A stretch of DNA of 64,000 nt from Malacoraja senta (taxonomy: Eukaryota). The position numbers and the translations under genes are program-made. Positions 11,159 through 24,249 of this stretch are shown in pieces. The notes below the pieces were generated by a model, which was not told the origin of the DNA, searched no databases, and saw only the letters and a program-made list of their open reading frames with translations. Numbering within the stretch: the stretch's first letter is position 1; every line of letters begins with the position of its first letter. The stretch spans positions 8,620,001-8,684,000 of the forward strand of contig CM075991.1 of the NCBI GenBank assembly GCA_038087875.1. The letters run 5' to 3'.

Positions 11159-12496
11159 CCTTCGCTCCATAGATGCTGCCTCACCCGCTGAGTTTCTCCA
11201 GCATTTTTGTCTACCTTCGATGTTCAGATTGCACAGTTTCCAATTCAGCGTTTCCCACTAAACTCCAGCTAAATGCAATAACAATCACAGTTACACTGTC
11301 GTGTCAGTGAGTTGAACATACTGCATTCCGACTTCTCAATTTTTTAACTTCATAATGAAATGATATTGATGCAGTCACAGTTGGTCAGAAACAAACAAGA
11401 CCATTATCAGCATGCCTGGGGCATGTAATCGATCGCGGACGGGTTCATAACTAGAAGAGTAATGGCTCCTTGGTTTTCCAATCACTGCATTGTAACTACA
11501 GTCTGCAGCTAATGAGTAATACTGTCCTACTTATATCTAGAGCTTTTACACTTCAGGGCCCTGGTTGCAAATAACAACTTGCACTCTTCCAGTGGGGAGA
11601 AGGCAGATCAAGAACAACCACAGGAACAAATTAAAGTCGCAAGGAACCGCAGACGCTGGTTTACCAACAAAAAAAAAGGCAAAGTGCTGGAGCAACTCAG
11701 CAGGTCAGACAGCTTCTCTGGAGAACATGGATCGGTGATGTTTCGGGTTGAGACCCTTCTTCAGAATGTTTGCGGTGGGTGGGTGTGGGGGTGGAGTGGG
11801 GGGGGGGGGAAGCTGGAAGAGCGGAGGAGTCTGAAGAAGGGTCTTGACCCGAAACCTTCCTCCAGAGATGCTGCCTGACCGGCTGAGTTACCCCTTCATT
11901 TTGGTGTCTGTCTTAGGGGCAGGACAAAGCTTGTTGATTGATATATTAATATGGGGGGAGGGGGGGGTGATAGGCAGATGGTTGATCAAAGGCCAGAGAT
12001 GAAAAGCCAAAAGGGGTGAGATAAATTTAGAAGAGGTGCAAATGGTGAAGCCAGAGGAAGGAATAGAGGTGGAAAGGGAGAAGATGGAGTAGATTAAAAG
12101 CTAAATTTGCTGTCAATACTCAGCAGGTCAGGCTCCATCTGTGGAAAAAGAAACAGGGTTAATGGCCTTGAACTTGCCAGAAAGACCTGGGAGTTAAAAT
12201 TGGCAAAATGCAGATACAGACACCTGCAGATGCTGGTTTGTACCAAAGATAGACACAAAGTGCTGGAATAACTGAACGGGTCAGGCAGCATCTCCGGAGA
12301 AAAAGGATGGGTGACGTTTCGGGTGGGGACCCTTCTTCAGACCTTGCTTTCAAAGGCTTTCAATGGGGCCATGTCCAACCTCCTCCATAGGAGCTCTGAA
12401 GTCTTCCTACACACTGGCCTCTTGAATTGTCCTTGAGTTTAATTGCTCCGCACTGTTGCCAGGTGTGCTCTCAGCTTACCTGGTGCCTTTACTTTG

Positions 12497-12768
12497 GAGA
12501 TACAGCGCGGAAACAGCCCCTTCAGCTCGCCATGTCCGCACCGACCAGTGATCACCCCATACACCCGCACTATCCTACACACTAGAGACAATTTACAATT
12601 TAACGGAAGCCAATTAGCTTACAAACCTGTACATCTTTTGGAGTGTGGGTGGAAACCGGAGCACCCGGAGAAAACCCACGTGGTCACAGGGAGAATGTAC
12701 AATCTGCTTACACAGCATTGAACCCGGGTCTCTGGCGCTGTAAGGCAGCAACTTTACCGCTGCACAAC
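12497..12768 (-). mobile_element. HE1-type V-SINE
   Basis: Head, V-domain and CR1-type tail on the minus strand. Confidence 0.78.
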
Positions 12769-13018
12769 CTTGTTGCCCCAAAAAGATGCTTATGCCCAAA
12801 GCATTGGAACCTCCTCCCTAAATCCCTTTATTTCTCTCTCCTCTCATTGGATTCCTTTTAAATTTGACAACAAGGCTTTTTGGTAAAGAGCCCCAATATC
12901 TGTTCGATTTCTCCTGTGACGGACCTGAGATGCTTTGGTAAGTTATGGAACTTATAAAACTATAACCCTTCATCACTTATTGCGTTCAATATGAAGCATG
13001 TTTCTCACCCTAATACTT

Positions 13019-13366
13019 TGACTGGATAGAGTGGATGTGGAGAAGACGTTTCCACTAGTGGGGGAGTCCAGGACCAGAGGTCACAGCCTCAGAAATAAAG
13101 GACATTCCTTTCGGAAGGAGATGAGGAAGAATTTCTCCAGTCAGAGAGTGGTGAATTTGTGGAATTCATTGCCACAGAAGGCTGTGGAAGCCGTCAATGG
13201 ATATTTTTAAGGCAGAGATAGATAGATTCTTGATTAGTACGGGTGTCAGGGGTTATGGGGAGAAGGGGGTTAGGAGGGAGAGATAGTTCAGCCATGATTG
13301 AATGGCAGAGCAGACTTGATGGGCCGAATGGCCTACTTCTACTCCTATCACTTATGACCTTATGAA
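13019..13366 (+). mobile_element. CR1 LINE 3' fragment
   Basis: CR1 ORF2 end and UTR with (CTTATGA) tail. Confidence 0.85.
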
Positions 13367-14749
13367 CAGCGCTGCTTTATATAATTGCACATAAAGTACT
13401 GTTTAATAACAACTTTTCAGGGGATCCATTCCACATTCTACCCTTTACCCAAAACTACAATTCCTAGTCCCATCAGAAATCCAGAAATCAAAAGGATACA
13501 TCAGCCACGATTGAATGATGGAGTAGATTGATGGGCCGAATGGCATTGTCCTATCTGGGACATATGACAATAAAACACTTGACTCTTGACTCTTGACCCT
13601 ATCACATATGAACCTATAAACTTACGACTAACTGCTGCTGCTCACGTGAAATATCCCCATATTACGCAACCCGTCCTACCATACTGACGCATACACTCCT
13701 GTATCTGCTACATAATGGCCCACCTCCTCTCACTCTGAATAGGCAATGACAGCATGCCCTAGTTTTCAAGGTGTTACTCGCCTGTATTTATTACAAATGC
13801 GGTAACATTATCAAAGCACTTCATGTAATTTCATGCTTCAAAACCTTTCTAGTGTCACCCACGATCCAAAGCACTGTTAAATGCAGGGTTGCTAAGGAGA
13901 CAAGGAGAAATAGTTTGGAAGCTGGCGCGGAGAACTAATGGTGAAAGTTTTAACCCGTTAACTCCCTTCTTTTACATTCCCCTGTGGGGACCTGGCCTCA
14001 ACTCCTGGAGGCCTCGAGAGAGACTGCAGATCAAGGAGGATCCAGACCTAATAGATTGACTGCCCATTTCAACCCTCCCCTCCCCACCCCCCTAACCCCA
14101 CAGATGCTGCCTGGTCAGTTGAGCAGTTGGGTTCCTCAACCCCTTTTGTTTGTTGCCCAAGATCAATGGCTACCCAGATTCAGAGCTGAGGTAGCCATTG
14201 ATTCATTCTAGTCTGTGTGGTGTGGTCCTCCTTCCTAAGGAAGGACGGTCTTGCCCTAAAGTGGATGAAATACAGGTTGCCGGGATCCGTTCATGGGATA
14301 AGATCAGGTTAGGTAGGAGGGCCTCGATCCGAAACGTCACCTATTCCTTTTCTCCAGAGATGCTGCCTGACCCACCGAGTTACTCTGGCTTTTTGTGTAA
14401 GCCAGCATCTGCTGTTCCTTCCAACACAGGTTAGGCAGGGCAGGCTGACTGTCACTTAAGTTTAGTTTAGTCTAGTTTAGTTTAGTGTACCGAGGTACAG
14501 TGAAAAGCTTTTGTTGCGTGCTCACCAGTCAGCGGAAAGACAATACATGATTGTGATACATGTTAAACATTGTCTCAACTGCCTCCTCCACACACCCACT
14601 AACTACCCTTTGCGTGAAAGAGTTAACCCTTAAAGAAACATTTTGCTCCTTTGCTCAAACATTGGAATTTTCTGATTTTGACTTTTGCATAAAGTATGTA
14701 ATAGGATTTTTAAATAAGCGCCACAAATTTTTATTATTATTATTATTAT

Positions 14750-15065
14750 TAAGTCGTTGAAAACATCAGCGACGCAGTGGTGCTGGTTTCCGACGGACCA
14801 GGTCAGGGGGGGGGGGGGCAGGTTCCCTCCGCCACTGGTACCATGTAATCCCGTGCTACCTGCTCCATTGTCGGATAGTCGGCGACTAAACCGTCTCCCC
14901 CACCTGGTTTTCCAGGTGAGGAGGGGGCTGTGGACCCCGGCAGGACCATAAGCAAGACCTGTCAAAGGGCGGATGAGCTTCTAGCGAGCCAACGGCCATC
15001 CACACTTCAGTAGAAGTTGCGATCACTGTCGTACATGGCATTGTATGGCTACAAAGGTCATGACA
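14750..15065. mobile_element. Unclassified CpG-rich, self-complementary short element (possible LINE 5' UTR derivative)
   Basis: Sharp GC/CpG-rich block in AT-rich flanks with several inverted repeats (CACCTGG-TTTT-CCAGGTG, GCAGGT/ACCTGC, CCGAC/GTCGG). Confidence 0.35.
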
Positions 15066-15567
15066 CATTTTTGCTTCACATCTAAATCTATATTGAGCGG
15101 ATTAATGTGAAGATGGGAAACTATTTAAGCCAGGCTAATAATAATAACAGGCTCAAAAGGACAGGAACTACTCATTAAACTGCATTAGATACCATGGCTT
15201 TAATGTCTGATTGTGAACTTTTACACAAGTCAAAATCCTTCAAATATATCCACTGGAGGAATTACATCTCAATAGCTTTTATATTGGCGAGTTAAGATTT
15301 AGTTTACTGGCCTGCACCAGTATTAATTCCCACACAACAAGCCCGACTGTCAGATCAGGAGGATACAATTGCTCTATAAAGGATTTTATGGTGCAGTCAA
15401 TCAAATAGAAAGCTGTTTTGCACCTTAATAATACAGCTGCAGCAGTTTTCATCACTAGTGCTGGCCTCACTGCTTCACGTATATGTAGATTGCAGAAACT
15501 GTCACCTGAATAATAACGGGCTAGACACAAAAGGCTGGAGTAACTCTTTGTTACTATGAGGTTTGGA

Positions 15568-15870
15568 GGGCAGCCCGGTGGTGCAGTGGTCGAGTTGCTG
15601 CCTTACAGAGACCCGGGTTCAATCCTGACTACGGGTGCTGTCTGTATGGAGTTTGCACGCTCTCCCCGTGACCGCGTGGGTTTTCTCCGAGATCTTCGGT
15701 TTCCTCCCACACTCCAAACACATACAGGTTTGTAGGTGAATTGGCTTGGTACAAGTGTAAAACATTGTCCCTAGTGTGTGTGTGTGTTAATGTGCGGGGA
15801 TGGATGGTCGGTGCGGACTCGGTGGGCCGAAGGGCCTCTTTACGCGCTGTATCTCTAAACTAAACTTAAC
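15568..15870 (+). mobile_element. HE1-type V-SINE, near full length
   Basis: A/B-box-like head, V-domain, tail GGGCCGAAGGGCC..GCTGTATCTC(TAAAC)n. Confidence 0.85.
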
Positions 15871-16292
15871 TCAGCGGGTCGGAGAAAAGGTGGGAGAAAA
15901 AGACAGGGGAATGAAAGATAGAGGAAAATGGAAGGCAGTATGAAGAAGAGAGGAAGGAAGATAGTGCATGGGAGACAACAGAAGGAGTTTGGTAAAGAGA
16001 TAAGAGACACAAAGAGAGTTCCCCATTTTCCTTTTATTCCATCTCTTCTCCAAACCCTGACCACCATCACCTTGCGCCTCTGGTTTCACATTTCACATTT
16101 TCTTCTTCCTTCCTTATCTTGCACCCTGTGTCTCCATTTCACTTCATCTTCTTTACTATTTTCCCCCATTTGCTAATCACTGCTCCTCACCCGTATCCCC
16201 AACCCCAACCCCTCACCTTTCTTTCCGAGCTTTCTTCCTTCCCTCTACTCAGTCTGAAGAAGGATTCCAACACGAAACATCAAGAGGATATC

Positions 16293-16899
16293 AGTATAGG
16301 AGTAAAGAGGTTCTTCTGCAGTTGTATAGGGCTCTGGTGAGTCCACATCTGGAGTATTGTGTGCAATTTTGGTCTCCTAATTTGAGGAAGGACATCCTTG
16401 TGATTGAGGCAGTGCAGCGTAGGTTCACGAGGTTAATTCCCGGGATGGCGGGACTGTCACCTGGGGAAAGAATGAAAAGACTAGGCTTGTATTCACTGGA
16501 GTTTAGAAGGATGAGGGGGGATCTTGTAGAAACATATGAAATTATAAAAGGACTGGACAAGCTAGATGCAGGAAAAATGTTCCCAATGTTGGGCGAGTCC
16601 AGAACCAGGGGCCACAGTCTTAGAATAAAGGGGAGGCCATTTAAGACTGAGGTGAGAAAAAACGTTTTCACCCAGAGAATTGTGAATTTGTGGAATTCCC
16701 TGCCACAGAGGGCAGTGGAGGCCAAATCACTAGATGGATTTAAGAGAGAGTTAGATAGAGCTCTAGGGGCTAGTGGAGTCAAGGGATATGGGGAGAAGGC
16801 AGGCACGGGTTATTGATCGGCCATGATCATTATGAATGGCGGTGCTGGCTCGAAGGGCCGAATGGCCTCCTCCTGCACCTATTTTTTATGTTTCTATGT
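16293..16899 (+). mobile_element. CR1 LINE, 5'-truncated
   Basis: ORF 16322-16816 LVSPHLEYCVQFWSP..LWNSLP; tail. Confidence 0.92.
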
Positions 16900-17059
16900 C
16901 TATCATCTCTCTATTTCCTTCCATAGATGCTGTCTGGTCAGTTGAGATTCTCCAGCACTCTGCTTTCTGCTCAAGATTCCAACGTCGGCAGTCTCTTGTG
17001 AGTCCATGGACAAAATGGACAATGTGTAGAAAGGAACTGCAGATGCTGGTTTACATCCG

Positions 17060-17330
17060 CGTAGGTTTAAGGTGAAGGGGAAAAGATTTACTAGGAATCT
17101 GAGGGGTAACTCTTTCACACAAAGGGTGGTGTGTGTATGGAACGAGCTTGCAGAGGAGGTAGTTGAGGCTGGGACTATCCCAACGTTTAAGAAATGCTTA
17201 GACCGGCACATAGATGGGACCAGTTTGGAGGAATTTGGACCAAACGCGGGCTGGTGGGACTAGTGTAGCTGGGACATGTGGGCAAGTTGGGCCGAAGGGC
17301 CTGCTTCCACACAATCACTCTATGACTCTA
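17060..17330 (+). mobile_element. CR1 (HER1-like) LINE 3' fragment
   Basis: FTQRVVCVWNELAEEVVEA; tail GGGCCGAAGGGCCTG..(CTATGACT)n shared with the SINE tail. Similar copies at about 25290-25447 and 26670-26948. Confidence 0.8.
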
Positions 17331-17600
17331 TAACGTTAGACACAGAATGCTGGAGTGACTCAGCGGGACAGGCAGCAATTCTGGAGAGAAGGAATGGGTG
17401 ATGTTTCGGGTCGAGACCCTTCTTCAGTTACACCAGCGTTTTGTGTCTATCTTCCAAGGTTACGTATTGACCAGGTGAGAAATTAAATGGCCTGTTCGTT
17501 CAATATCCCACCTGAAACAACACTCCCACAGTCCTACACAAGTACTGATGGCCTGAATTCCAAATACTTCCTTTTTCAGTTTGATTCAGAGGCAAGGTTT

Positions 17601-18230
17601 TAGGCTCTGTCTTACGGTGTTGCGGTCATCGGCGGTGAAGCGCGGCTTCGCCTGTAGAGTGGACCGCACGGCAACGGCGAGAGCGCCGAGCCTATGCCAC
17701 GGGAGCGCCGCACGAATGCTGCGCGGGGGGCCGAGTGATTTAAATACGGCTGGTCCCACGTGCTTGCGGTAAGTAAAAAAAAGGTCGGGCCGACTGCGAT
17801 GACGTCGGCACGTGACTCACTAGCGGCGGCTGTGGCGGCGGCCGTCCTGATCGCGGCGCTGTAGCGGTGGCTGTGCCGGCGGCCGTGCCGCACACGTGCC
17901 TCACTGGCGGAGCCTGTGGTGGTGCAAGTTTGACGCACGGCGCTCGAGCCACACTGGCGGCGGCTGTGGCGGCGGCCGTCCTGATCGCGGCGCTGTAGCG
18001 GTGGCTGTGCCAGCGGCCGTGCCGCACACGTGCCTCACTGGCGGAGGCTGTGCGGTAGGAAAATATTTTTGAACAGTGTAGGTTTTATTTTAGCACCGTG
18101 CGGTGTTGGGAGCAACGCCGCACGGCCCCGGAATTGTGCGTTCTCACGAGTGCGCGGTCTATGGCGGCCCAGGAGCGGTAAATTCTTCCCGTTTCGCCGC
18201 CAATGACCGCAGACTCATGAGACAGGCCTT
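17601..18230. mobile_element. CpG-rich MITE, Harbinger-related
   Basis: Imperfect ~38-bp TIRs AGGCTCTGTCTTACGG..GCGGTCATCGGCGG / CCGCCAATGACCGC..GAGACAGGCCT; internal ~90-bp direct duplication (near 17822 and 17957). Confidence 0.7.
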
Positions 18231-18569
18231 TTACTACCTGAGAGAGGATTAGCACCAAAGATCTATGATCTAGGGTTAGCACTGTGGAGAGTTGGGTTCA
18301 GATACACAGAGGAATAGCACGACAAGCATAATGGTAAAAAAAAACATCCGGACAGGTACATGGATAGGTTTAGATGGATGTGGGCTAAACGCAAGCAAGT
18401 GGGATTAGTGTAGATTGGGCTTCCTGGTCGGCGTGGGCAAGTTGTGCTGAAGGGTCTGTTTACCTGCAGTATGACTCTAATACTCTCCCTCTAAGACAAG
18501 TAGGTGGGAAGAGGGCGAGAGAAAAAAAAGTTGCAACAAGGGAGAGAATATGAGAAAGACAGAGAGGGG

Positions 18570-19345
18570 GAGAAAGGAGAGAGGGAGTGAGGAAGAGAGT
18601 GGGGGAGAAAGAGTGAGGGTGAGGGAGAGAGATGGGGAGAGGGGAGAGTGAGGGAGTTAGGGGGAGAGGGAGGGAGGGAGTGAGTTAGTGATGGAGAGGG
18701 AGAGAGGGAGAGGGAGGGAGTGAGGGTGAGGGAAAGAGGGAGAGGGAGGGAGTGAGGGTGAGGGAGAGAGATGGGGAGAGGGGGGGAGTGAGGGAATTAG
18801 GGAGAGAGATGGGGAGAGAGGGGAGAGTGAGGGAGTTAGGGGGAGAGGGAGGGAGGGAGTGAGAGGGAGGGAGTGAGGGTGAGGGAGAGAGATGGGGAGA
18901 GGGGGAGAGTGAGGGAGTTAGGGGGAGAGGGAGGGAGGGAGTGAGAGGGAGTGAGGGAGTGAGTTAGTGATGGAGAGGGAGAGAGGGAGTGGGAGGGAGT
19001 GAGGGTGAGGGAGAGAGGGAGTGAGAGGGAGGGAGTGAGGGTGAGGGAAAGAGATGGGGAGAGGGGGGGAGTGAGGGAGTTAGGGAGAGAGATGGGGAGA
19101 GAGGGGAGAGTGAGGGAGTTAGGGGGAGAGGGAGGGAGGGAGTGAGAGGGAGGGAGTGAGTTAGTGAGGGAGAGGGAGAGAGGGAGAGGGAGGGAGTGAG
19201 GGTGAGGGAGAGAGATGGGGAGAGGGGGAGAGTGAGGGAGTTAGGGGGAGAGGGAGGGAGGGAGTGAGAGGGAGGGAGTGAGTTAGTGAGGGAGAGGGAG
19301 AGAGGGAGAGGGAGGGAGTGAGGGTGAGGGAGAGAGGGAGAGAAA
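18570..19345 (+). repeat. Complex GA-rich minisatellite with GAGTTAGGG motifs
   Basis: Directly visible purine tract built from recurring blocks. Confidence 0.9.
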
Positions 19346-20764
19346 GAGAAGCAGAAAGAGTCTAGGATAGAGATATAAAGTAATGAAGGAAAAGAGAGAG
19401 ATATTCAGGTATAGAGAGGGAGAAGACACAGGGAGACAAATAGAGAGAATGAGACAGATGGAAAGAGAGAAACACACAAACAAGCAACTGAGATGGTCAG
19501 AGAGATAGACGGACTGTGGGATTGCAACCAGCACAGCGGGAAAGTAATTATGCCCCTTTGGTTCCAAAGGCATCAAATAAAACAGTGAAAACAACTGTCA
19601 ATCATAACGAGATGAAGCTGGGTCTCAATTACACAAGAACATTGGGATTATTGAATGCTGTTGGCAAGAGCTCAGGCAATATAGAGAAAAAATGACAACA
19701 AAGGAAGGTTACTTCTGATTTCAGGGGGAAATGAATATTTCAAGTGTCTGTCACTGCCCTTTGTGATATTGGTTTGTGCAGTGTGATTAAACCCAGGCCT
19801 AACTCAGAAATAGACAGAAAATAGTGGGAATATCAGAAATAGACAGAAAATAGTGGGAATATATGGTTGCACAAAGGCTCAGAGGGACAGAGTCCTAGAG
19901 AAGACTTTCACCAACTTTCACAATCATGGGCATTCGTTAATCAAGAATACTGTGGGCAAGGCATTTATTTAGGTCAAAAGGACACAAAGTGCTGGGGTAA
20001 CTCAGCAGACCAGGCAGCATCTCGGGAGAACGTGGATATGCGACGTTTCGGATCAGGAGGCTCAAGAAGGGACTGGACCCCCAAAAATGTCACCTGTCCA
20101 TGTTCTCCCATGTTCTCCAGAGATGCAATCTGACCTGCTGAGTTGCTCTGTGGAGTAGACGAAATGTTTAAGAAAGAACTGCAGATGCTTTTCGGGGATA
20201 GGGCCACGGTACAACCTCGAACAAGGATTGTTCGATGTACACTACAAAGAGGCAGGCATAGCTGGGGCCCATGCGCTTGCCCCATAGCTACGCCTTGGAT
20301 TTGGAGAAAATGGGAAAAGTCAAACGAAAAGTTGTTGAGGAGGGTATCGGTAGACGGAGTTACTCCAGCACTTTGTGTTCTTTTGTGTGTGAACCCGCAT
20401 CTGCAGTTCTTTGTTTCTACATTTATTTAGGACAGATTATCAGTGCGCAAAATAGTAGTTCCAGTTTTCGAGAGAAACTGCGTGGAAGCAGGCCCTTTGG
20501 CCCACTGAGTCCATGCTGACCACCGATCATCCATTCACGCAAGTTCTATGTTATTCCACTTTCTTATCCACTCCCCTTACACATTAGGGGCAGTTTTACA
20601 ATTAACCTACAAGCCCGCGTGTCTTCGGGATGTGGGGGGGGGGGGGGGGGAACCTGGAGCAGCTAAAGAATCCCATGCACCAAAGGCAGATTGTGCAAAC
20701 TCCACACCAACAGTACCCAAGGTCAGCATTCAACCTGGGTATGTGGCGCTGAGAGGCAGCAGCT

Positions 20765-21173
20765 AAGTTTAGTTTAGTTTAGAGATACAGCGCGGAAAAC
20801 AGGCCCTTCGGCCCACCGAGTCCGCACCGACCAGCGATCCCCGCACACTAACACATGTGGTGCAGACGGTAAAGCAGCTACTTTACAGCGAATGCAGCGC
20901 CAGAGACCCAGGTTCGATCCCGACTACGGGTGTTGTCTGTACGGAGTTTGCGCATTCTCCCCGTGACCTGCGCGGGTTTTCTCCGCGATCTTTGGTTTCC
21001 TCCAACACTCCAAAGACGTACAGGTTTGCAGGTTAATTGGCTTTGGTATAAGTGCAAAATCTCCCTAGTGTGTGTCGGATAATGCTAGTGTCCGGGTATC
21101 GCTGGTGGGTGCGGACTCGGTGGGCTGAAGGGCCTGTTTCCATGCTGTATCTCTAAACTCTCTCTAAACTAAA
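20765..21173. mobile_element. HE1-type SINE with an inverted tail fragment
   Basis: Minus tail 20765-20855 followed by a plus SINE carrying the GCGAATGCAGC head variant also seen near 31369. Confidence 0.8.
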
Positions 21174-21407
21174 CATTTTCCAGATGGATGCAAAACACAG
21201 AATGCCTCAAATTAATTCAAAGTAATGTTTGAAGTGTGGCTGAAGGAATATGTGACCTACTTTATTTTTCTAGTTGGAATGCTCAGTGACTGCCAACTTG
21301 ATATTTACCACTTGCACCATCTCCCAAAGTGAATTTTCAATCCCTCTCATCTTCCCCACCTATACAGAATGAAGAGAGAATTAAATGGGATTGATGTAAG
21401 TTGATGA

Positions 21408-21965
21408 TTTAGTTTAGTTTAGAGATACAGCATGGAATCGGGCCCTTCGGCCCATCCAGTCCCACGTTGACCATCGATCACCCATTCACACTAGTTTTAT
21501 ATTGTCCCACTTTCTTGTCCACTGCCTACACACCAGGGGAAATTTACAGAGAACCTACAAAGCCGCACATCGTTGGGAAGTGGGAGGAAACCGGAGCATC
21601 GGAAGGAAACCCACGCGGTCACAGGGAGAATGTGCAAACTCCACACAGACAGACAGCACCCAAGGTCAGTCTCTGGTCAGTGCAGACTTAATGGAGCAGC
21701 GGTAGAGTTGCTGCCTAACAGAGCCAGAGACACGGGTTCGATCCTGACTACAGGTGCTGTCTGTGCAGAGTTTGTACGTTCTGCGTGTGCTTTCTCCGTG
21801 TGCTCTGGTATCCTCCCACACTTCAAAGACGAACAGGTTTGCAGGCTAATTGGCTTGGTAAAATTGTAAAAATGTTCCTAGTGTGTAGAGAGTGCTGGTG
21901 TATGAGGTAACCGCTGGTCAGCGCAGACTCAGTGGGCCGAAGGGCCTGTTTCCACGCTGTCTGAC
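21408..21965. mobile_element. Two HE1-type SINEs in divergent orientation
   Basis: Minus copy 21408-21670; plus copy 21690-21965. Confidence 0.75.
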
Positions 21966-22759
21966 TCTATGAGGGGCATTGACTTACACTAACTTTGCTT
22001 AAAACTGAAAGGAAGCAAGACCCTATCTAGTTACAGTATACTCATGAATTCATTGACAGTAGGCTCAAAGTACACCTCTGGGTTTGTGAATTCATAGCAG
22101 GTGTCTCTCTGTCAGCCTTGCCAGCAGCCACTGGGATAAAGTGATCGAATTGCATCTCGGAAAATCTCTCGACAAGTTAATAAATAGCTTGCAGACCAGA
22201 AGCAGGAGTTAAAACCCAGACTGTGCCAATAACTGTAATAGATAACAGTGACTTTCTCTTCCCCAGACTTATCAAAAGTCAGATAAAAGCAGAAAGATCT
22301 TATTTCCTTTTCAGGAGCCTTACCGACCCTTCTCAAACATGTCCTCGGTTCCCTTTTACACGACAGATAAATTGCTGTGCTAAGAAAAGTAATTGTTTCA
22401 ATTGTGCTTTCACTTTGATGAGTCGGTAGATCTCTGTCAATAAGGCCCTAACTTTATATTCCATTTATAAAGATTTATGAGGAAGAATTATCAATATATG
22501 AAAGAGGTAGTGGATGGCTGGGCAAAGGTCCAAGAAAGCACTTTGGAGCCCAGGACAACTATAAAACCTGACTTCTGATCACAGAGGTTCTGACTCAGTG
22601 GAAGTTGGAAACATTAATTGCCTTTAGGTCCCCTCATTGACATGGAGGTTGTGAAATGATGAGGTCAACGAGTAGCTGCTGTCCCCGATTATTTATTGGG
22701 TGCCATGGTCTTGTGTCTACCTGTATCTGAGGGCGTGGAACACTTCGACCACTGTCGGA

Positions 22760-23108
22760 GCCTGGATGTGGAGAGGATGTTTCCACGAGTGGGTGAGTCT
22801 AGGACCAGAGGCCACAGCCTCGGAATAAACGGACGTACTTGTAGAAAGGAGATGAGAAGGAATTTCTTTAGTCAGAGGGTGGTGAATCTGTGGAATTTAT
22901 TGCCACAGGCGGCTGTGGAGGCCGTCAATAGATATTTTTAAGTCAGAGATAGGTTAGTTCTAGATTAGTATGGGTGTCAAGGGTTAGTTGGGAGAAGGCA
23001 GGAGATTGGGGTTAGGAGGTAGAGATAGATCAGTCATGATTGAAAGGCAGAAAACACTTGATGGGCCGAATGGCCTACTTCTGCTCCTATCACTTATGAC
23101 CTTATGAT
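22760..23108 (+). mobile_element. CR1 LINE 3' fragment
   Basis: MFPRVGESRTRGHSL..FFSQRVVNLWNLLP; tail. Confidence 0.85.
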
Positions 23109-23189
23109 CAGCGCTGCTTTATATAATTACACATCAAGTAATGTTTAGTAAAAACTTTTTATGTCAATGGATATTTTTAAAGCAGAGAT

Positions 23190-23382
23190 CGGGTGAGGCA
23201 GCATCTATGGAGCGAAGGAAATAGGCAACGTTTCGGGTCGAAACCCTTCTTCAGACTGAGAAAGGTTTCGACCCGAAACGTTGCCTATTTCCTTCGCTCC
23301 ATAGATGCTGCCTCACCCGCTGAGTTTCTCCAGCATTTTTGTCTCCCTTCGATTTTCCAGCATCTGCAGTTCCTTCTTAAGC
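23190..23382. mobile_element. Fold-back pLTR unit with hammerhead core
   Basis: Inverted arms around 23255; intact minus-strand core at 23227-23254. Confidence 0.75.
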
Positions 23383-23603
23383 ATTGACCGAGTCTTGATT
23401 AGTACGGGTGTCAGGGGTTATGGGGAGAAGGCAGGAAATGGGGTTGAGAGGGAGAGATAGCCTTCTTCCCATAACCGTTGACACCCTTACTCATCAATCT
23501 CCGCCTTAAAAACATCCCTTTAACCTGTTAATCTCTGCTTGGAAAATAATGAATTCCACAGATTCACCACCCTCTGGTGATATACCTCACGCTGCCATCA
23601 CCA

Positions 23604-24249
23604 TAGATACATAGATACATAGAAAATAGGTGCAGGAGTAGGCCATTCGGCCCTTCGAGCCTGCACCGCCATTCAATATGATCATGGTTGATCATCCAAC
23701 TCAGTATCCCGTACCTGCCTTCTCTCCATACACCCTGATCCCTTTAGCCATAAGGGCCACATCTAACTCCCTCTTAAATATAGCCAATGAACTGGCCTCA
23801 ACTACCCTCTGTGGCAGAGAGTTCCAGAGATTCACCACTCTCTGTGTGAAAAAGTTTTTCCTCATCTCGGTCTTAAAGGATTTCCCCCTTATCCTTAAGC
23901 TGTGACCCCTTGTCCTGGACTTCCCCAACATCGGGAACAATCTTCCTGCATCTAGCCTGTCCAACCCCATAAGAATTTTGTACGTTTCTATAAAATCCCC
24001 TCTCAATCTTCTATATTCTAGCGAGTATAAGCCAAGTCTATCCAGTCTTTCTTCATATGAAAGTCCTGACATCCCAGGAATCAGTCTGGTGAACCTTCTC
24101 TGCACTCCCTCTATGGTAATAATGTCCTTCCTCAGATTAGGAGACCAAAACTGTACGCAATACTCCAGGTGTGGTCTCACCAAGACCCTGTACAACTGCA
24201 GTAGAACCTCCCTGCTCCTATACTCAAATCCTTTTGCTATGAAAGCTAT
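23604..24249 (-). mobile_element. CR1 LINE, 5'-truncated
   Basis: AFIAKGFEYRSREVLLQLYRVLVRPHLEYCVQFWSP..; tail. Confidence 0.92.
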
